A DNA stretch of 63,437 nucleotides, the filler included, from Octopus bimaculoides (Eukaryota), in the NCBI RefSeq assembly GCF_001194135.2. It is 7 parts of 6 records of this genome, joined end to end, with 100 filler letters (N's around TTAATTAATTAA, not from the genome) between each part and the next. Parts side by side here need not be neighbours in the genome. Positions count along the whole stretch, not along the records: positions 61,701 to 63,437 come from NC_068993.1; 6 more parts are not named here. One strand, written 5' to 3'. The notes beneath the pieces are model-generated. The model saw nothing but the letters and a program-made list of their open reading frames with translations. It made no database searches and had not been told where the DNA came from. The position numbers were made by a program, and so were the translations under genes. Positions 63,179 through 63,437 of the stretch are shown here, in pieces. Position 1 is the first letter of the stretch. The number at the start of each line of letters is the position of its first letter.

Positions 63179-63437
63179 GAAGCGGAGAGAGATATGTTGC
63201 ATTGATATCATATGCACTAAGTGACACCAAAGAATAAAAACATGAAACTCAATAATACAAATGCAAAGTGTTGAGTTTTTCTACAGAATAGAGATTGAAC
63301 GCATTCCAGTGAATGACAGTTCCATCATTGGTCACTTAAATATTGTGTATATGTATGAATACAAATATACATATGCATACATACATGCATATATATATAT
63401 ATGTGTGTTTGTATATATATACGCATATATACACACA

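Overview
AT-rich, microsatellite-saturated eukaryotic draft scaffold with many N gaps. The repeat make-up (AT/AC/ATAG/AAT tracts, tRNA-derived SINEs, mariners, RTE, R4 and Hero LINEs) points to an octopus genome; this is an inference. I could not confidently identify any protein-coding gene, rRNA, tRNA or CRISPR array. Nearly all ORF-track entries are microsatellite or N-gap artefacts, or transposon debris. The window is mostly transposon remains: at least 4 SINE-like families, 7 Tc1/mariner pieces, piggyBac-type and hAT-type MITEs with intact TSDs, RTE, CR1, R4/Dong-like and Hero-like LINE fragments, a Ty3/Gypsy gag remnant and a solo LTR. The most notable observations are: (1) a near-perfect Penelope-type minimal hammerhead ribozyme at 2823-2864 and a second degenerate core at 27441-27476; (2) R4/Dong-like LINEs and a ~490-bp putative non-autonomous element sitting in (TAA)n tracts, some of which are SINE tails; (3) a 121-bp locally templated insertion inside a LINE endonuclease domain; (4) a ~30-kb CpG-depleted domain bracketed by a ~550-bp inverted repeat pair; (5) a solo LTR carrying NRF1/ETS/YY1-like motifs; (6) two TATA+Inr promoter candidates and a few weak exon candidates. 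Family assignments come from motif recognition by eye, not database searches. I found no clearly new gene system.
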